DNA of 36,955 nucleotides from a virus (taxonomy: Duplodnaviria; Heunggongvirae; Uroviricota; Caudoviricetes): positions 1 through 36,955 of the IMG/VR virus record IMGVR_UViG_2681813166_000002, one strand, 5' to 3'. Numbering within the stretch: position 1 is the first letter of the stretch; each line of letters opens with the position of its first letter. A model generated the notes under the pieces. That model ran no database searches. It was not told the origin of the DNA and worked only from the letters and a program-made list of their open reading frames with translations. Both the position numbers and the translations under genes were made by a program. This document shows, piece after piece, positions 36,209 through 36,955 of this stretch.

Positions 36209-36955
36209 CTATCTATATAGCCTTTTTGCTAATGGTTCTATGGATGATGAATAGCAAAACTCTCTATTCATATTGTCTATCAATTCAAAAACTTGATCTT
36301 CAACCTCATAGTAATCATTTCTAGGCAATCGAGGATGGATTATTCCAAAATTTCGAAGCAAATTTGTGATGTTATTTTGATGTCTTACGTAAGAGAAAGA
36401 ACCTGATTTGGCTAGTGAACATGCAGTATTTGAGTCACTTATAGCACTGTTTAATTTTACAATCAGATTGCAGTAGTCTTGAGATATGGATGTAGAGCCA
36501 GAACGAGACTTATTAAAAATGATGTTATACCATTTGAATATATCAAATGAAGATGCGGATAGACGATCTCTTTTATTTATTTCGTATGATAAGTACTCTT
36601 GAAATATCTTAAAGTGTGATATATGGTTGCCAAGAGCTGACACGCTGACACTATTAGTATACCCAAGCAACGCAACAACTATTCCACCTATGCTAGCGAC
36701 TAACCCCAACAATATGAAAGTTGCTTGCAATATTAATATTGATTGTGAGTAACCTTTAGTAAAATTTGAAATGCAGGTATTATTGAAACAAAAACTCCGA
36801 TTAAAAAAACCTTCTTGCATTCCAGTTAAAATAAATGAAGTTACAAAAAGCATTATGCCTAGTGTAACAATAGTAATCAAACATAGAAGCAAGATTCTAA
36901 GAGAGTGTGAGTCTATTTTTTTTAGAAGGATATAACTTTTAAAAAAGTTTTTCAT
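36209..36955 (-). CDS. Hypothetical protein with two N-terminal TM helices and a soluble C-terminal domain (248 aa; start at window edge)
   Basis: AT-rich ORF; hydrophobic segments ILLLCLITIVTLGIMLFVTSFIL and ILILQATFILLGLVASIGGIVVALLGY; the ATG is the last three bases of the window, so the true start could lie beyond. Confidence 0.55.
   Translation of the reverse strand: MKNFFKSYILLKKIDSHSLRILLLCLITIVTLGIMLFVTSFILTGMQEGFFNRSFCFNNTCISNFTKGYSQSILILQATFILLGLVASIGGIVVALLGYTNSVSVSALGNHISHFKIFQEYLSYEINKRDRLSASSFDIFKWYNIIFNKSRSGSTSISQDYCNLIVKLNSAISDSNTACSLAKSGSFSYVRHQNNITNLLRNFGIIHPRLPRNDYYEVEDQVFELIDNMNREFCYSSSIEPLAKRLYR

Larger units (their letters stand above)
1..36955. mobile_element. Mosaic lambdoid prophage (lambda-type early genes, HK97-type head, Mu/SfV-type contractile tail); the left end lies outside the window and the right boundary is uncertain, since the region beyond ~33515 may be island or host DNA
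   Basis: Contiguous, syntenic phage modules across the whole window; the window starts inside exo. Confidence 0.85.

Overview
The window is almost entirely one mosaic temperate-phage (prophage) genome of an enterobacterial, E. coli-like host, read left to right from inside exo. All protein identifications are by my own recognition of translated sequence and gene order; no database search was run. Modules in order: lambda Red (exo partial, bet, gam); immunity region (leftward pL/OL, CI repressor with S24 peptidase domain, pRM/pR/OR, Cro-like); lambda O/P/Ren replication with ori iterons inside O; DLP12-like nin region (NinB-like, NinE-like, YbcO-like, RusA, YlcG-like); Q-like antiterminator; lysis cassette (holin, lambda R-type endolysin, Rz/Rz1); HNH plus small and large terminase; HK97-type portal, protease and capsid; Mu/SfV-type contractile tail and baseplate; and a Gin/Hin-type invertible tail-fibre segment whose invertase is truncated after about 30 codons. 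Five visibly AT-rich accessory loci interrupt this backbone and are the best candidates for undescribed functions: (A) a two-gene cassette in the rex position between cI and pL; (B) a ~2 kb insertion between ren and ninB carrying a 472-aa orphan gene; (C) a 131-aa gene between Rz1 and HNH; (D) a membrane-protein moron after the tape measure gene; (E) an island from ~33.5 kb to the window end that truncates the invertase and carries four genes. None of the accessory proteins could be assigned a function from sequence alone. No N gene, tRNA, rRNA or CRISPR array was found.
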